Shown in pieces: positions 29,162-39,698 of a stretch of 64,000 nt of DNA. Each line of letters opens with the position of its first letter. Positions within the stretch are counted from its first letter, which is position 1. Source of the DNA: Myxococcota bacterium (lineage in GTDB: Bacteria > Myxococcota_A > SURF-8); contig OZ223209.1 of the NCBI GenBank assembly GCA_965140415.1, positions 5,504,001 through 5,568,000 on the forward strand, in the 5' to 3' direction. Below the pieces are notes generated by a model. That model did not search any database. It saw only the letters and a list, made by a program, of their open reading frames with translations, and had not been told where the DNA came from. The translations under genes were made by a program, and so were the position numbers.

Positions 29162-31840
29162 TTACTGCTTGGGGTCGTCGTTGTAGAAACGATAGCTCAC
29201 CACCACGTCGTCCCCTTCCTCGGGTCGCGCGGTGCCGTAGAACACGATGGTTTCCTGTATGGCGTCGTACATGAAGCCATTGGTCTGGCTGCGACTGATG
29301 ATCTGGCCTTCGACCATAACCTGAATCGTGGAACTGATCGGGTGATGGTTCAATTCGTAGAACGAAGCCGTACCCGCCGCCGCATACAGAATTTCTTCCA
29401 TCGTGGCGGTCAGATCCGGCGCACAGATCGAACCGAAAGAACCGCCGGTGTGATAGGCGATCTCGATGTAGGCCGAGCCCGGCTCACCCGCTCCGGGACC
29501 GCTATCCGCCGTACCGCCGCCGCAACCGTCGGGAGTATCTCCCACGATGGCAAAGCAGGTGGTGCCTTCATCGCCGTAATACGCCTTGTAGTTGGTCAGC
29601 GTATCGGCTTCGCAGGTCGCGTTGGCGCAGTCTTCATATTGCTGGTCTTCTTCATCGGAGAGGAACAGCACGATCACCGAGGCATCCTCGCGCCAGCGCT
29701 CGTTTTCCGGCAGGGTCGGATCTTTGGCGCGTTCGATGGCTTTCATTCCTGCACCCAATCCGTATTCGGTGCTGCCGCAGGGCGGGTCTTGTACGTCGCT
29801 CTGGAAATCGGTCATGTTCCGCGTGAATTTGTGATCGCCCAACAAACCGGAATTGGTTGCCGGATACAGCACGGAACACAACCATGGGGTTATTAGCTGG
29901 ATCTCAGGCGGACAGAAGTCCACACAATCGGTGGAGGTCACCGCCACGCGGAAATCGATGCCTGCCGATCCCATGATCGTCCCAAACAGTTCCGCCGCAT
30001 TGGCAACGGCCTGCTGGTCTTCGCTCATCGAACCAGAATCATCGACCACCCACAAAAAGTCCACCAGTCCCACTTCCGCGCCCTGATGCGGATCGCAGCC
30101 ATTGAAGGTGTCTCGTTGCGACTTCGCCAGCGCACTGCCGTCGGTCAGATCGAGCGCGCGATAGCGGGCCTCTGTATTGTTGCTGTTGTCATAACGATCT
30201 TTGGCGACCACAGTGGCGATTACAATCGTCACCGCCGAGCCGGTTCCGGTGCGGATCAGGGTTTCGCTGACCAACTCGAAGGTTTCCGACGCTTCGGAAG
30301 GTCCAGGCGGCAGGTTGCCGATAGCGGAGGTAGCACGACCGGAGAGCGCCGCCAGCCAGTCGTTGCGCAAAGCCCCGACGGTCTGACTGGTTGTCGTAAT
30401 CGAGTAATGGCTGGTCATGGCCGGAAACTCGTCGTAGCTCGTAAAGGTACGCCCGCGATGGTTCAGGTTGCCATCGGAAGGCAGGTTCGCCATCAGTTGG
30501 TTGTCCGCCGCAACCTGGTTGGTAACATCAGTGGTGCTGCGGTCACGCGCCAGGATGAATCCGGCGATATTGTTACTGGCATCGGAAAAAGCCGCCGCAT
30601 ACAGAATCGTTCCCCCTGCCGGGTTCAGTTCCAAATCGGTATAGGTGAAGGCGGGCAACAGTGCCAGAGTATAGTCGGCGGCTGCATGATCCCACAGGCT
30701 GACGCTGGTCAGCTGTTCTTCCTGACAAATCAAGTTGACGCTTTCCTGATCGTCGGGGATACCATCGCCGTCGGTATCCGGATTGGTCGGGTCGGTTTCG
30801 CCGCGATCCGGTTCGAAAATACCGTTGTGATTGGAATCTTCGACGCCGTCGGGCAGGTTGTCATTGTCGGTATCTTCCAGCAATGGGTCACTGGGACTGT
30901 TGAAGTACTGGCCATACTGGCCATACACTTCATCGCCATCACCCACCTGATCGTTGTCTGTGTCGCGGTTTAGCGGATCGGTCTCGCCGGGATCGCGTTG
31001 GCCGTTGTGGTTGGCGTCTTCCACGCCGTCGCTCAACTTGTCGAAATCGCTGTCCAGGTTCAACGGATCGGTTTCGCCCGGATCCCACTGGCCATTGTGA
31101 TTGGCGTCTTCGGTGCCGTCTTTCAAGCCATCGTTATCGGTGTCTTCGTTGAACAGATCGGTTTCACCCATATCGTGCTGGCCGTTGTGATTGGAATCCT
31201 CGATGTAATCGGGCAGGCCGTCGTTGTCGCTATCCAGCGCCGGTCCCGTATCCTCATCGGCCTGTTCGGCATCACCGTCCGGGACATCGCCATCGATGGG
31301 CTGATCGCCATCAACAGATTGATCGTCGTCCGCCGGTGGCCAATCGTCGCCATCGGGATATTCATTGCCGAAATCGATATCCGCTTCGTTGCGCGAATGA
31401 CAACGACTGTCGCCACCGCAATATTGCCCCGTTCCACAATCCGAATTGGAGGTGCAGAAGTTCTCGATTTCCTGACAGTATCCACCTTCAACGATGCATT
31501 CCGATCCCAAGGGGCAGTCATCGTCGTTCTGACAGAAGTCGTCGACCGGGTTATCGCCATCGACAACAGGTGTTTTCTGCTCGCAGGTGTGATTGGTGAG
31601 GTTGCACTGCTGGTCGATCTGGCAATCGGTATCGACTTTACACTGCACCGTGATGCACTGCCCCAAACTGTTGCAGATCATTTTGTCGCCGCAATCGGTG
31701 TCATTGCTACAGGAATCACCGACCTGCCCGGAATCGCCATCGCCACCGGAACAGGCAAATAGCAACAGAACCGCCATCAGACAAGCGACAAAGTGAAAAT
31801 TCGTATGGAATGAAAATCGACGTTGCGTAGTATGCATCAC
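29162..31840 (-). CDS. CglD-like adhesin lipoprotein (Cys-rich repeats, TSP3-like Ca-binding repeats, VWA domain)
   Basis: Lipobox LFAC; DxDxDGLxDG.EDxNHNG..D.GETDP repeats; VWA MIDAS motif DFLWVVDDSGSM, FLSDEED. Architecture resembles Myxococcus CglD. Confidence 0.72.
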   Translation of the reverse strand: MMHTTQRRFSFHTNFHFVACLMAVLLLFACSGGDGDSGQVGDSCSNDTDCGDKMICNSLGQCITVQCKVDTDCQIDQQCNLTNHTCEQKTPVVDGDNPVDDFCQNDDDCPLGSECIVEGGYCQEIENFCTSNSDCGTGQYCGGDSRCHSRNEADIDFGNEYPDGDDWPPADDDQSVDGDQPIDGDVPDGDAEQADEDTGPALDSDNDGLPDYIEDSNHNGQHDMGETDLFNEDTDNDGLKDGTEDANHNGQWDPGETDPLNLDSDFDKLSDGVEDANHNGQRDPGETDPLNRDTDNDQVGDGDEVYGQYGQYFNSPSDPLLEDTDNDNLPDGVEDSNHNGIFEPDRGETDPTNPDTDGDGIPDDQESVNLICQEEQLTSVSLWDHAAADYTLALLPAFTYTDLELNPAGGTILYAAAFSDASNNIAGFILARDRSTTDVTNQVAADNQLMANLPSDGNLNHRGRTFTSYDEFPAMTSHYSITTTSQTVGALRNDWLAALSGRATSAIGNLPPGPSEASETFELVSETLIRTGTGSAVTIVIATVVAKDRYDNSNNTEARYRALDLTDGSALAKSQRDTFNGCDPHQGAEVGLVDFLWVVDDSGSMSEDQQAVANAAELFGTIMGSAGIDFRVAVTSTDCVDFCPPEIQLITPWLCSVLYPATNSGLLGDHKFTRNMTDFQSDVQDPPCGSTEYGLGAGMKAIERAKDPTLPENERWREDASVIVLFLSDEEDQQYEDCANATCEADTLTNYKAYYGDEGTTCFAIVGDTPDGCGGGTADSGPGAGEPGSAYIEIAYHTGGSFGSICAPDLTATMEEILYAAAGTASFYELNHHPISSTIQVMVEGQIISRSQTNGFMYDAIQETIVFYGTARPEEGDDVVVSYRFYNDDPKQ

Positions 31841-31959
31841 ACACCTCTTTACTTCCGAATCGTTTCAAGATCGGAGATGAAAACGGGTTTCATCTCGATC
31901 ACCACCCGGCTTTCACCGGGACAACAGGCCGGAATAACGAGGCGCGATGCGCTTCGCGA

Positions 31960-34900
31960 TTATTTTCCAGCCATATCCAAACAGCAGCGGAAACCGATGT
32001 AAGATTCCGTTGTATCCCAATTTGACTCATAATACCAGTCACAAGTCAAATTGCTGGAACTGGACCCGTAGCTGCCACCGTAACGACGTTGGTCAGGATC
32101 ACCGTAATTGCCGTCGTCGGTCCACTCATAGGCATTACCCGACATGTCATACACACCCCAGTCGTTGACGCACTCGGACAAGTAGCCTGTCGGCTGAATG
32201 CCACTGCCGCTGTAATCGTCGCCATTGCAGGTCTGCGCCTCGTAGCTGTATCCGTAAGGATAGCTGCGGCTGGCTTCATCCTGCTTACATCCGATCACCC
32301 AATCGGTCGGACTGCATACATGCTTGCCTGCACGCTCGCAGGCTTTTTTAGCCTGGTCGAAGGTGATCCAGCGCGAAGGGACGGAATCCGCAATCGAACA
32401 TGCCCGCGGCTTGGTGCCCGTACAAGTATTGTCATTACCGTCGTCCCAGAAACAGATCCAGTAGTCATTGCTGTTTTGACCCCTGCAATTGCTGCTGCAA
32501 GAATCCGAGCGGCAAACCGTCGCTTCATAAGTATCGATGCAGCTATCGGTGCCGACCATCTTGCGCATGTCCGAATGGCCGGGACAAGGACCGGGAGTGG
32601 GGAAGGTATTGTAGCCGACGCACACACCGCTCTCACATGCGCCACCGATAAAGCCCGCCGCGCTGCAAGACGTGCCGTCTTCCACGTTACCGGCCATGCA
32701 GTCGCCCGAAGTTTCATCGCACCAATAGGTTTTGCATTCGCTACCGAAATCGCAATTCTTCGGAGTGCCTGCACAGGTTCCGCCGCTACAGGTATCGTTG
32801 ATAGTGCAGGGATCATCGTCGTCACAGGAACCACCAGAGTTGTCCCAGTTGGTGCAATTACCATTGATGCAGACATCCAGAGTGCACTCGTTGTCATCAT
32901 CGGGGCAATCGCCCTGACCGTACAAGGGACCGCTTGGAACGGTGCTGTTCAATGCGGTATGTGTACACGCACCGCCCACACAGACATCCAGCGTACAGAC
33001 GTTGTTGTCGTCGGGGCAGGTGTGGTCTTCGTCGTAACCGTAGTAAAGCGGTCCACCCGGAACGGTGGAATTGAGTTCCCAGTTGGTGCAATTGCCATTG
33101 ACGCAGGCATCCACCGTACAGACGTTGTTGTCGTCGGGACAATCACCCAGCCCGTAGAAGGGCCCACTGGGCATGCTGCTGTTCAGTTCATCGTAAATAC
33201 AGCCGCCCTGGGCGCTGTCGCAATCGTCTACGGTGCAAACATTGCTGTCGTTACAGTCGCGCGTATCGGAAACGCAGAACATGCCCTCGCAAGCATCGGT
33301 GGTGCAGGAATTGCCGTCGGAGCAACTGCCACCGGTTTTGGCTTTGAACAGGCAGCCCTGGACGGCATCGCAGCGATCGTATTCCGTGCAGGTCGTTGCA
33401 CAACCGGTTTGCTCGCAATAGGTGGTAACGCTACAGGTGATAGCCTGACCGCCCTGGCAGACCATGGCGCTGTTGCAGAAATCATTCTGCGTGCAGGCGT
33501 CGCCATCGTCGCAAGCTTCACCGGACACCGTATAGCGGCAGCCGTCGGCATTGCTGCTGGATGAACCCGGGCTGCATGTGTCGGTGCTGCAAATGTTGCT
33601 GTCGTTGCAGAAATCATTATTCGGGGTAGAAACGCATAAGCCGCCCTGGCAGACATCGGTGGTGCAGTTGTAGCCATCCGAACAGCTACCGGCCACGTTT
33701 TCGTAAGTGCAGCCGTTGATTGGGTCGCAACTGTAACTACGGCAGGGAAGATGCTTCGGATCGACATAGACATCCGGGCAGGTCTTGGTCGTACCGGGAA
33801 TACAGTAGCCGTTCTGACAGGCATCGTTCTCGGTACAGGCGTCGTTGTCATTGCAGAGATTGTTCACCGTCGTATAGGTGCAACCCTGCGAGGAATCGCA
33901 ATTGTAGTTCCGACAGACCAGGTGCATGTCGTCCACCGGCTCGTCGGGACAAGTTACCGTATTACCCGGCTGGCACACACCGCTGAAACAGTAATCGTTC
34001 TCAGTGCAATAATTCCCATTATCACAAAATTCATAGTTGGGAAGATTCACATACTGACATCCGTTCTGGGCGTCGCAGGTCGCTGTTTTACAGGGATTGG
34101 TGGACGGCGGACATTCGAAATCTCCGCTGCCCTCACAAACGCCATTGTTGCACTGATCATCGCTTGTGCAGGGATCGCCGTCGTCACAATCGGTGCCATC
34201 CGGTTCGAATACACCCTGCACGCAACCGCCGTTATCGGGATCACACTCATCCAAGGTGCAATCGTTGCCATCGTAACAGGTATCCTCGTTGCCCGGCTCG
34301 CAAATACCGCCCGAACATTGGTCGTCGAGGGTGCAGGGGTTGCCGTCTTCGCAGTCAAGCGTATTGTTGCTGTGCTGACAGCCGTATGTCGGATGACAGT
34401 AGTCGGTCGTGCATATTTTGTCATCATCGCAGTAGTCCGGGTCTTCTTCGCCGAGACATTGACCCGCCTGACAGGAATCGTTCTGGGTACAGACGTTGTT
34501 GTCGTTGCATTCGGTCCCGTTTTCAACGGGAATCTGATCGCAACCGCCCATGCCGTCGCAGGTAGCTGTTTTACACGCCTGCGTGCTGGTACAGGTGTAG
34601 CTCGTTCCGAAGCAGCCATAGGAGAAGCCATCGTACTGGCAGTGGTCGTTTTTCGTGCAATCGTCAAAGTCGTTGCAATCGCCGCTTACGGGATTGTGGA
34701 TACAACCGGTAGTCGGGCTGCAAATATCGCTGGTACACTGGTTGTCGTCTTCGCAATCGAGCGTATCATCACCCGGGACACACTCGCCGTTACTGCAATG
34801 TTCGCCGATGGTGCATACATCCCAGTCGGTGCAGTCGTTGTCGTCGTTGGGAATATGCGTACAGGGCGGGTCCGCTTCCGGATCGCAGAGATCGTCGGTG

Positions 34901-36840
34901 CAGGGATTGTTGTCTTCGCAGTCGTAGAGCGAATCGCCAACGCATTCGCCGTTGAGGCAGTGATCGTTGTTGGTGCAAGGATTGTTGTCGTTGCAGGAGT
35001 TGCGGTCGTTTGGTTCATTGATGCAGCCGGAGTTCTCCGAACAGCGGTCGTCGGTGCAGTCGTTATCGTCATCGCAGAAAACCTCTTCGCCAATGCAGAC
35101 GCCGTTGGCGTTGCAGGTATCGTTTTCGGTGCAGACGGAACCGTCGCTGCATTCGGAGCCTTCTTCCGCATCGTAATCGCGACATTGCGAATCGCGACAT
35201 TCATTCACCTTGCAGGCACGTTGCGACACGCATTCGACCGGCGCCAACCAGCCGGAACCATCGGTTTTGCACTGCTGCTGATGGGTATCGTCCAGGCAGC
35301 GCATGGCATTCGGGGTACAGGGTTGATCCTGGCATTCCTCTTCGATACAGAGTTGGCCCGGAATAGGGCATTCGATGAATTCGCCCAGCGAGCGGCCATC
35401 GTCGCCGCAAATACGGTAGCCCACGCCGCCTTCATACCAGCAGATAATCGCGCCTGGGTCGCAGTTGGGCTCGCATTGCGCACTGCTGGGGCTGGCCGGC
35501 TGCATACCCGGAGGACATTCCAGCGTACCAAAGCCATTGGCGGTCAAGGTCGTAACGGATTGATTCGGATCGTTGCTGCGAATGCGCAGCGTTCCGATAT
35601 CGATGGCCTCGATAGTCGGATCGTAGCGGATCAGGAAAGTTTCCGAGTTGCCTTCGGCAATCGGAGTGGTCAACAGGCCGTTGGGATCTTCGAAACTGAA
35701 GCTTTCGTTGCTGTTGGTGATCCAACTGATATCCGACACCTGCAACAAGCCGCTACCGGTGTTGGTGACCGTCACGTTGCGGGAAACGGAAGCACGCTCG
35801 TAAAGCACGAAGCCGAAATCGATCGAAGTCGGATCGATCTCGATAGCCGGACTGACACCCGTACCACTGACCTGAACCGTATCGCTCTGATCCGCTTGCA
35901 CGTAATCGCTGGCAACCACGGTTACCGTGGTGTTGTAGTCGCCGACGTCGGTCGGGTGGAAGGCAATCGGACAAACCCGGCTCTCTCCAACCGAAAGGTA
36001 AAACGGCGTTTCGCAGGTGTATTGCGGTAACGGCAAACTGAAATTCGGGTTTTCCGCGTCGACCATCGTGATGCTTTTAACTTCCAAGGGACGAGTAGAG
36101 TCGAGACCATCCGGAACGGCGGAAATCGTGTATTCCTTCAAGGTCAGATTGTCACTGATATTCTGCTCCTCGAACGTCAACTCCGACGGTTCGAGCGTCA
36201 TGTTCGTGGTGCCCTTCCAGGTCATCTTCAGCTTGACTTCACGCCGGGGACGAACTTCGTCGTTGGAGGCGATGATCAAGGTGCCTTCGTCCTCGTTCAT
36301 ATCCGCCGGGCAATATTGCAGCTTGACCGTCATGGTATGACGCGGGCTTAAATCCACCGGTGGCGTCATGTTTTCGGGTGTGAAACTTTCGATCTGGAAT
36401 TCTTCACTTGTTTCACCGGTCAGACTGACTTCGATCACCAGAACCGCCATGCTTCCCGACGATTCGATCACCAGATCCACATACTTGCATTGTCCCGGAG
36501 GAACGGAACCGAAATCGACTTCATCCTTGACGTTCAGGCAACGCTGTTTGCATTCCACCGTGACGTCCGGCTCCTGATCGCCATCGGTAGCAGGATCGAT
36601 ATCCAGATCCGAATCGCCATCGATGGGTTGTTCGTCCGTATCACCTGGAGGGATGTCCGTGTCGCCCTGCTTGTCTCCATCGGTCGGCGATCCATCGCCA
36701 TCGACCGTTGTGGAATCGCCGTCGCCGGAATTATCTTCATCGCCCTGACTGGTCGTCGAACTTGAATCGGAACAACTGTAAAGCAACATCCATGCGAAGA
36801 GCAGGAATACTACAACTGCCGAATGCCTGCGAATTGACAT
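31960..36840 (-). CDS. Giant Cys-rich lipoprotein: DGD linker, three Ig-like (choice-of-anchor D/ASH) domains, many CxDxNxCTxDxC repeats, C-terminal FGE-sulfatase/C-lectin domain
   Basis: AGGAG RBS; lipobox LLYSC; DFGxV...SND Ig-like repeats; GVYDMSGNAYEWT...GGSY...IGFRCC. Confidence 0.85.
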   Translation of the reverse strand: MSIRRHSAVVVFLLFAWMLLYSCSDSSSTTSQGDEDNSGDGDSTTVDGDGSPTDGDKQGDTDIPPGDTDEQPIDGDSDLDIDPATDGDQEPDVTVECKQRCLNVKDEVDFGSVPPGQCKYVDLVIESSGSMAVLVIEVSLTGETSEEFQIESFTPENMTPPVDLSPRHTMTVKLQYCPADMNEDEGTLIIASNDEVRPRREVKLKMTWKGTTNMTLEPSELTFEEQNISDNLTLKEYTISAVPDGLDSTRPLEVKSITMVDAENPNFSLPLPQYTCETPFYLSVGESRVCPIAFHPTDVGDYNTTVTVVASDYVQADQSDTVQVSGTGVSPAIEIDPTSIDFGFVLYERASVSRNVTVTNTGSGLLQVSDISWITNSNESFSFEDPNGLLTTPIAEGNSETFLIRYDPTIEAIDIGTLRIRSNDPNQSVTTLTANGFGTLECPPGMQPASPSSAQCEPNCDPGAIICWYEGGVGYRICGDDGRSLGEFIECPIPGQLCIEEECQDQPCTPNAMRCLDDTHQQQCKTDGSGWLAPVECVSQRACKVNECRDSQCRDYDAEEGSECSDGSVCTENDTCNANGVCIGEEVFCDDDNDCTDDRCSENSGCINEPNDRNSCNDNNPCTNNDHCLNGECVGDSLYDCEDNNPCTDDLCDPEADPPCTHIPNDDNDCTDWDVCTIGEHCSNGECVPGDDTLDCEDDNQCTSDICSPTTGCIHNPVSGDCNDFDDCTKNDHCQYDGFSYGCFGTSYTCTSTQACKTATCDGMGGCDQIPVENGTECNDNNVCTQNDSCQAGQCLGEEDPDYCDDDKICTTDYCHPTYGCQHSNNTLDCEDGNPCTLDDQCSGGICEPGNEDTCYDGNDCTLDECDPDNGGCVQGVFEPDGTDCDDGDPCTSDDQCNNGVCEGSGDFECPPSTNPCKTATCDAQNGCQYVNLPNYEFCDNGNYCTENDYCFSGVCQPGNTVTCPDEPVDDMHLVCRNYNCDSSQGCTYTTVNNLCNDNDACTENDACQNGYCIPGTTKTCPDVYVDPKHLPCRSYSCDPINGCTYENVAGSCSDGYNCTTDVCQGGLCVSTPNNDFCNDSNICSTDTCSPGSSSSNADGCRYTVSGEACDDGDACTQNDFCNSAMVCQGGQAITCSVTTYCEQTGCATTCTEYDRCDAVQGCLFKAKTGGSCSDGNSCTTDACEGMFCVSDTRDCNDSNVCTVDDCDSAQGGCIYDELNSSMPSGPFYGLGDCPDDNNVCTVDACVNGNCTNWELNSTVPGGPLYYGYDEDHTCPDDNNVCTLDVCVGGACTHTALNSTVPSGPLYGQGDCPDDDNECTLDVCINGNCTNWDNSGGSCDDDDPCTINDTCSGGTCAGTPKNCDFGSECKTYWCDETSGDCMAGNVEDGTSCSAAGFIGGACESGVCVGYNTFPTPGPCPGHSDMRKMVGTDSCIDTYEATVCRSDSCSSNCRGQNSNDYWICFWDDGNDNTCTGTKPRACSIADSVPSRWITFDQAKKACERAGKHVCSPTDWVIGCKQDEASRSYPYGYSYEAQTCNGDDYSGSGIQPTGYLSECVNDWGVYDMSGNAYEWTDDGNYGDPDQRRYGGSYGSSSSNLTCDWYYESNWDTTESYIGFRCCLDMAGK

Positions 36841-37331
36841 CAACGCATCTCCTGTATGAAATATCGAAAACGAGCGGACACAAATTACTGAGAGCACTTA
36901 AAATCACATTCGGGCCTCGCCGTTTGGCAAGAATACCCGGCAAAGTGGAAACTACGTGGCAAGTTCCTCTAACCTATAATAGATATCAGAAGCCTACAGA
37001 GATTTCAATGCTTTTTGTGTACGTAGGAAATAGGTTTCGATTCTTTGTTTGGAATCAGTGGAAATGCCTGAATGGGAAATCTATTTTCCTCCAAACACCA
37101 ACAAAGCACAAAGATCACTATTTTTGAAAACAAGAAGGATGACAATATTCGGGAAGCCAGAAAATAAGTCAATTCATGCGCCCTTAAATAAGACTAGTGT
37201 TTCCGATACAACCACAGAGCAAAATTCTATCATATTCCGAGTAAAACATTGTATTTATTCTTGTATATCGATACAATACACTTCAATCATGAAGAGAATA
37301 AGACTACTTCTTTAAAGAAAATAAGAATGAA

Positions 37332-38486
37332 ATGACGAAAAAAGAACAAGAATTCAAGGCGCGCTTTGATTATTCCAACAAAATGGTTTCAAACTTGATG
37401 GCAATAGAAGGCGCTCGGAAAATTGTGGATGTGCTTCCATTACCACCGGCAGGGATGCTGAAATTAAAACAGGTCGCCAGGCAGAAATCCTCACGCGGAT
37501 CTGTCGCCATCGAAGGCAACCCGTTTACTCTCCGCGAAGTGCTCAAAGCTGTTGCAGAAAACGATCGCTCAACCAGTGATCACGCCCAAGAAGTTCGCAA
37601 CTACTGGCGTACCTTAGAATGGCTGGAAAATAACGTCTCAGAATCAACCACCATTACTGAAAATTTCATTAAAACTCTGCATGGACTGATCATGGTACGC
37701 ACAAGCGGCAGACGAAAAAGTAAAAGCGCTTATCGCGTAGGAGAATGCCCAATCGTAGATACTGCAACGAGAGATATCGAGTACATGCCTCCACGCCCAA
37801 AAGACGTTCCAGAGTTAATGAAAGATCTGGAGACTTGGCTAAACTTGAAAGAAAGCGACAGGTTACCCGGTCCCGTGCGTGCGGGATTATTAGCTCATCG
37901 TTTCGTGAGCATTCATCCTTTCGACGATGGCAACGGCAGAACGGCCAGGGCTTTGGCTACAGCGGAGTTGTGGCGTTCCGGCTATTACATGCAAGGCTTC
38001 ATTTCGGTAGAGGAGTTTTATAACGAAACGCGTAACGCGTATTATGACAATCTACAGATGGATCTTCCCGAGGACTTTTACGAGGGACGTCACGATCCCA
38101 ACCATACTCGCTGGCTTGAATATTTTATCTCCATCCTTGCCCAGGCCACCGAAGAGATTAATGAAAAGGCGGTCGCACTATATCAGAAGCAACGTACGGA
38201 TGATGTTCCTTGGGCGGTTCTTTCGAAACGGCAGCAGCAATTGCTTATGCGTTTGACCGCTCGTCGTGCCGATTCTTCCGAAAAGGATTTGATTTTTGTT
38301 CCAGGTGATATCATCAGCTGGTTCGAAATATCCAAGCAAACCGCTTATGACTGGCTCAGGGAATGGGTTGCCGACGGTTTTGTACGGCCATACAAAGCAG
38401 GTGACCGTATCCGTTACTACACCCTTACGAAAGAATGGCTGACTCTGGTGGATACTGCATTCTTCTGGAATGATGAAATCGAATAG
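37332..38486 (+). CDS. Fic-family protein with N-terminal inhibitory motif and C-terminal HTH-like region
   Basis: Canonical HPFDDGNGRTAR; SVAIEGN matches (S/T)xxxE(G/N). Confidence 0.93.
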   Translation: MTKKEQEFKARFDYSNKMVSNLMAIEGARKIVDVLPLPPAGMLKLKQVARQKSSRGSVAIEGNPFTLREVLKAVAENDRSTSDHAQEVRNYWRTLEWLENNVSESTTITENFIKTLHGLIMVRTSGRRKSKSAYRVGECPIVDTATRDIEYMPPRPKDVPELMKDLETWLNLKESDRLPGPVRAGLLAHRFVSIHPFDDGNGRTARALATAELWRSGYYMQGFISVEEFYNETRNAYYDNLQMDLPEDFYEGRHDPNHTRWLEYFISILAQATEEINEKAVALYQKQRTDDVPWAVLSKRQQQLLMRLTARRADSSEKDLIFVPGDIISWFEISKQTAYDWLREWVADGFVRPYKAGDRIRYYTLTKEWLTLVDTAFFWNDEIE

Positions 38487-38570
38487 GCAAAGCCTTAAAT
38501 AATTTCAATCTCGGCAACTGATTCAGGGAAACTTGTGCCTAGACTTTTTTGATTTCAAGCACCGATCCGT

Positions 38571-39533
38571 TCACTCACGCAAACCGCGCTGCACCAATAC
38601 GCTTTGCAGCAGCTTGGGGTTGTCGCTCATGATGCCGTCAACTCCCAGATCCAGCAGATCGTTCATTTCCTGTTCGTCGTTGACGGTCCAGATGTGCGCC
38701 TTGATTCCGAAATGCCGGGCGCGCTCGAGTGTAGCGGGCTGAGCGGCGCTGATGGGCAACTGCATGAATTCGCCGGGCGGCAGGTAGTCATCCAGGTCAT
38801 CGTCGCGCAGCAGGCTGAAAGTGATGACCTCTTCGGTTGCGAAACCGGTTAATAGTTCAGGAGCTTTTTCACGGATCTCCGAGAGCAATACTTCGCTGAA
38901 GGCTCCCATAACAACATTGGATTCCATGTGATATTCGCGGATAATGGCCAAGACCTCATCGACGATGGGAGGATCGGACTGCTTGATTTCCAGCGTGTAG
39001 TACGCATCGGAATGGGCTGTAAAGACTTCCTCTAGCGTGGGAATCTGTACGCCCTGTCCCCGGTAAGGATAGCTCTGGCCACCATCTTCGGTAAACGTGT
39101 ACCCGGCATCCAATGCACGCACTTGCTCGAAAGTCATTTCACGAATGTAGCCGCTGCCGTCGGTCTGACGATCCACTGTGGCATCGTGACTGACCACGAT
39201 CACACCGTCTTTCGTGGCGTGAACGTCCATTTCCAGAATATCCGCCCCTTCATCCAGTGAATTCTGATAGGCAAGCAGGGTGTTTTCAGGTCGCAAATCA
39301 CCACCGCCGCGATGGGCGATATTCATTACGCGATCGCTGAACAGAAAATGGCCCGCCCAGGGATCTTCAACTTCGGATTCCATCTCGATATCTCCGTCTA
39401 CCGGATTTTCCACCGCCTCGAAATCCAGATCGGCGTCACCATCCACCACGGGGTCGTCGTCCGAACATCCTAAAATAACAAAGGAAAATACGATCCCACA
39501 CACCAAGAACAGCCAATTCATTCTACGAATCAT
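38571..39533 (-). CDS. Glycerophosphodiester phosphodiesterase lipoprotein
   Basis: Lipobox ILGC; IAHRGG..PENT, EMDVHATKDG..V.HD, WTVND, DGIMSD. Confidence 0.93.
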   Translation of the reverse strand: MIRRMNWLFLVCGIVFSFVILGCSDDDPVVDGDADLDFEAVENPVDGDIEMESEVEDPWAGHFLFSDRVMNIAHRGGGDLRPENTLLAYQNSLDEGADILEMDVHATKDGVIVVSHDATVDRQTDGSGYIREMTFEQVRALDAGYTFTEDGGQSYPYRGQGVQIPTLEEVFTAHSDAYYTLEIKQSDPPIVDEVLAIIREYHMESNVVMGAFSEVLLSEIREKAPELLTGFATEEVITFSLLRDDDLDDYLPPGEFMQLPISAAQPATLERARHFGIKAHIWTVNDEQEMNDLLDLGVDGIMSDNPKLLQSVLVQRGLRE

Positions 39534-39698
39534 GGTACATCCTTTTGTCTGAAAATAGACGGGCAACACCAAAACCACGCCATCAAATCGCAGCTTGGGA
39601 ATTTTGTCCAGTAGTTTTTGAGTGTAAGCGAACAGGAATGAGCAATATGTCCCTGAAATGACAGGTCATTCTAGATCGGTTCGGAAAGTGGCAAGCTC

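Noticed and set aside
31960-32560. C-terminal FGE-sulfatase/C-lectin domain as a diversity-generating retroelement target
   Set aside because: No reverse transcriptase and no template repeat differing at adenines was seen in the window. A distant DGR cannot be excluded.
33751-36030. 759-aa ORF on the + strand, and similar long antisense ORFs such as 22554-23855, 32089-33564, 12691-13707 and 62316-63356
   Set aside because: These are shadows of well-supported opposite-strand genes, caused by codon bias and repeats; they show no recognisable motifs.
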